Source: Phycisphaerae bacterium (GTDB lineage Bacteria; Planctomycetota; Phycisphaerae; UBA1845). Taken from it: a stretch of 64,000 bases of DNA. Each line of letters starts with the position of its first letter. Positions within the stretch are counted from its first letter, which is position 1. The DNA lies in NCBI GenBank assembly GCA_013360585.1, contig JABWBH010000004.1, forward strand, positions 49,422 through 113,421, written 5' to 3'. Both the position numbers and the translations under genes were made by a program. This document shows, piece after piece, positions 63,072 to 64,000 of the stretch. The notes under the pieces are model-generated. The model made no database searches. It was not told where the DNA came from and saw only the letters and a program-made list of their open reading frames with translations.

Positions 63072-63515
63072 TTACGCCCAACTCAGCCCGGAGTATCCGT
63101 CGCGACCGGACTCGGCGTAAACCTGTGCCCCGTCTTCGTCAAGACGCATGACCAGTTCGCGCCAGTCCTGCGCCAGTGGCGGCGTCCACGACGCCCCGCT
63201 GATCGATCCGAGCAACTCGACGAACACGTCGCAGGCCGCCTCTTTCCCCTCGATCCCGACGCCGAAGAGGAGTGGCGTCTCGGCGAACGCGGAATCCGGC
63301 CTGCCGTCCGCCGGAACCGCATGAAGCGACTTCGCCAACCGCACCAGCGACGCAAGCATCGCGTTCTTTCGCTCGTGCAGCGACGCGGGAAAGAGCGGAC
63401 GAAGCTCCGGATGCCGGGCGAAAAGCAGCGCGTAGAAACGAGTCACCAGCTCCTCCCCGCGATGTGCGACGGTCATGAAGCTGGACGCTAGTCTGGCGGC
63501 GCAAGCGCGATCCAT
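63072..63515 (-). CDS. Globin-fold-like protein (147 aa), tentative
   Basis: GGAGGGG precedes ATG 63515. EELVTRFYALLFARHPELRPLF is the classic bacterial globin B/C-helix pattern. The later part aligns loosely (WTPPLAQDWRELV). Confidence 0.5.
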   Translation of the reverse strand: MDRACAARLASSFMTVAHRGEELVTRFYALLFARHPELRPLFPASLHERKNAMLASLVRLAKSLHAVPADGRPDSAFAETPLLFGVGIEGKEAACDVFVELLGSISGASWTPPLAQDWRELVMRLDEDGAQVYAESGRDGYSGLSWA

Positions 63516-63725
63516 GTCTTTCCCCTCCGATGCGACGGGCGCGATTCCTGCGCCGGTCTGAAAGAGCGTACAATCCGCTCCGGCGGCTCGGATGAATCCG
63601 CTGCGACGCCGCAGGGATTCTCGGACGCCCGAACGCCTTGGCGACCGACGGCGGCATTTGCGGGCGTCGCGGTGCACAAAGCACGGCGCTGCATCACGCG
63701 AAACTCGGCGCGGCGGAAGAATCAC

Positions 63726-64000
63726 ATGAGAAAGGAAGCGCCTTCCAGGTCGCCTGAGCGCTTGACGGCGAAGCACTGGGCGGCGATCGCCGGAGTGGCC
63801 GCTGCCTGTCTGACGCTGCTGGCGTTCCGGCATGATCTGCGGGCGCTTCGATATCGGCATCAGCTTGTCAGGGCCGGTGCGCCGGTTGAACGCGAGACGT
63901 GGGGCTTGCGCCTCGCCGCCTGCGGACGCGCGGCGATCCCGCATCTGCGATCGCTGCTTCAGGACGCGGACCCCGGCATCCGTCGCGCCGCGGTCCTTGC
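63726..64000 (+). CDS. Membrane-anchored HEAT-repeat-like protein, partial (continues beyond the window end)
   Basis: My own translation from ATG 63726 gives MRKEAPSRSPERLTAKHWAAIAGVAAACLTLLAF...AAIPHLRSLLQDADPGIRRAAV. The last part resembles PBS-lyase HEAT repeats. Confidence 0.4.
   Translation, partial: MRKEAPSRSPERLTAKHWAAIAGVAAACLTLLAFRHDLRALRYRHQLVRAGAPVERETWGLRLAACGRAAIPHLRSLLQDADPGIRRAAVL

Overview
This is a high-GC bacterial chromosomal segment, with GC judged by eye and not computed. Coding density is about 90% and genes lie on both strands. The gene content suggests a Planctomycetota (Phycisphaerae-like) organism, but that is an inference and not a database result. The supporting features are a DUF1559-like prepilin-type pseudopilin, a seven-bladed FG-GAP lipoprotein, many lipoproteins, CxxC zinc-ribbon membrane proteins and ArnT/PMT-like membrane glycosyltransferases.

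Recognisable housekeeping genes:
- rho, tsf, rpsB, lpxB, pgk, lysC, aroK and aroC
- a UDP-glucuronate decarboxylase-type SDR
- a dGTPase-like HD protein
- an acyl-CoA carboxyltransferase beta subunit
- a XerC/D-type recombinase
- one tRNA-Leu(UAA)

Accessory-looking parts:
- Two tandem paralogous outer-membrane beta-barrel genes, followed by an ECF sigma / anti-sigma / proline-rich coiled-coil triad with long gene overlaps.
- A hybrid histidine kinase and OmpR-type regulator next to two ArnT/PMT-like glycosyltransferases and a membrane SGNH hydrolase.
- A visibly lower-GC two-gene cassette at about 48.8-51.0 kb. It has its own sigma70-like promoter and sits next to tRNA-Leu. It encodes a small cysteine-rich secreted protein and a lipoprotein with no family I can name.
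- A second, larger cysteine-rich secreted protein about 5 kb away that shares a C-terminal RRGD-Cys module with the small one. A NapH-like polyferredoxin fused to a TPR array lies between them.

Other points of note are a 27-bp phased tandem repeat and two intergenic regions that end in canonical intrinsic terminators with no annotated gene, which are candidate small RNAs.

I saw no CRISPR array, transposase, phage gene or rRNA. The ORF track uses ATG, GTG and TTG as starts. Many long Arg-rich ORFs are antisense shadows of real genes and are not reported as features. Several start codons are uncertain and are flagged individually.
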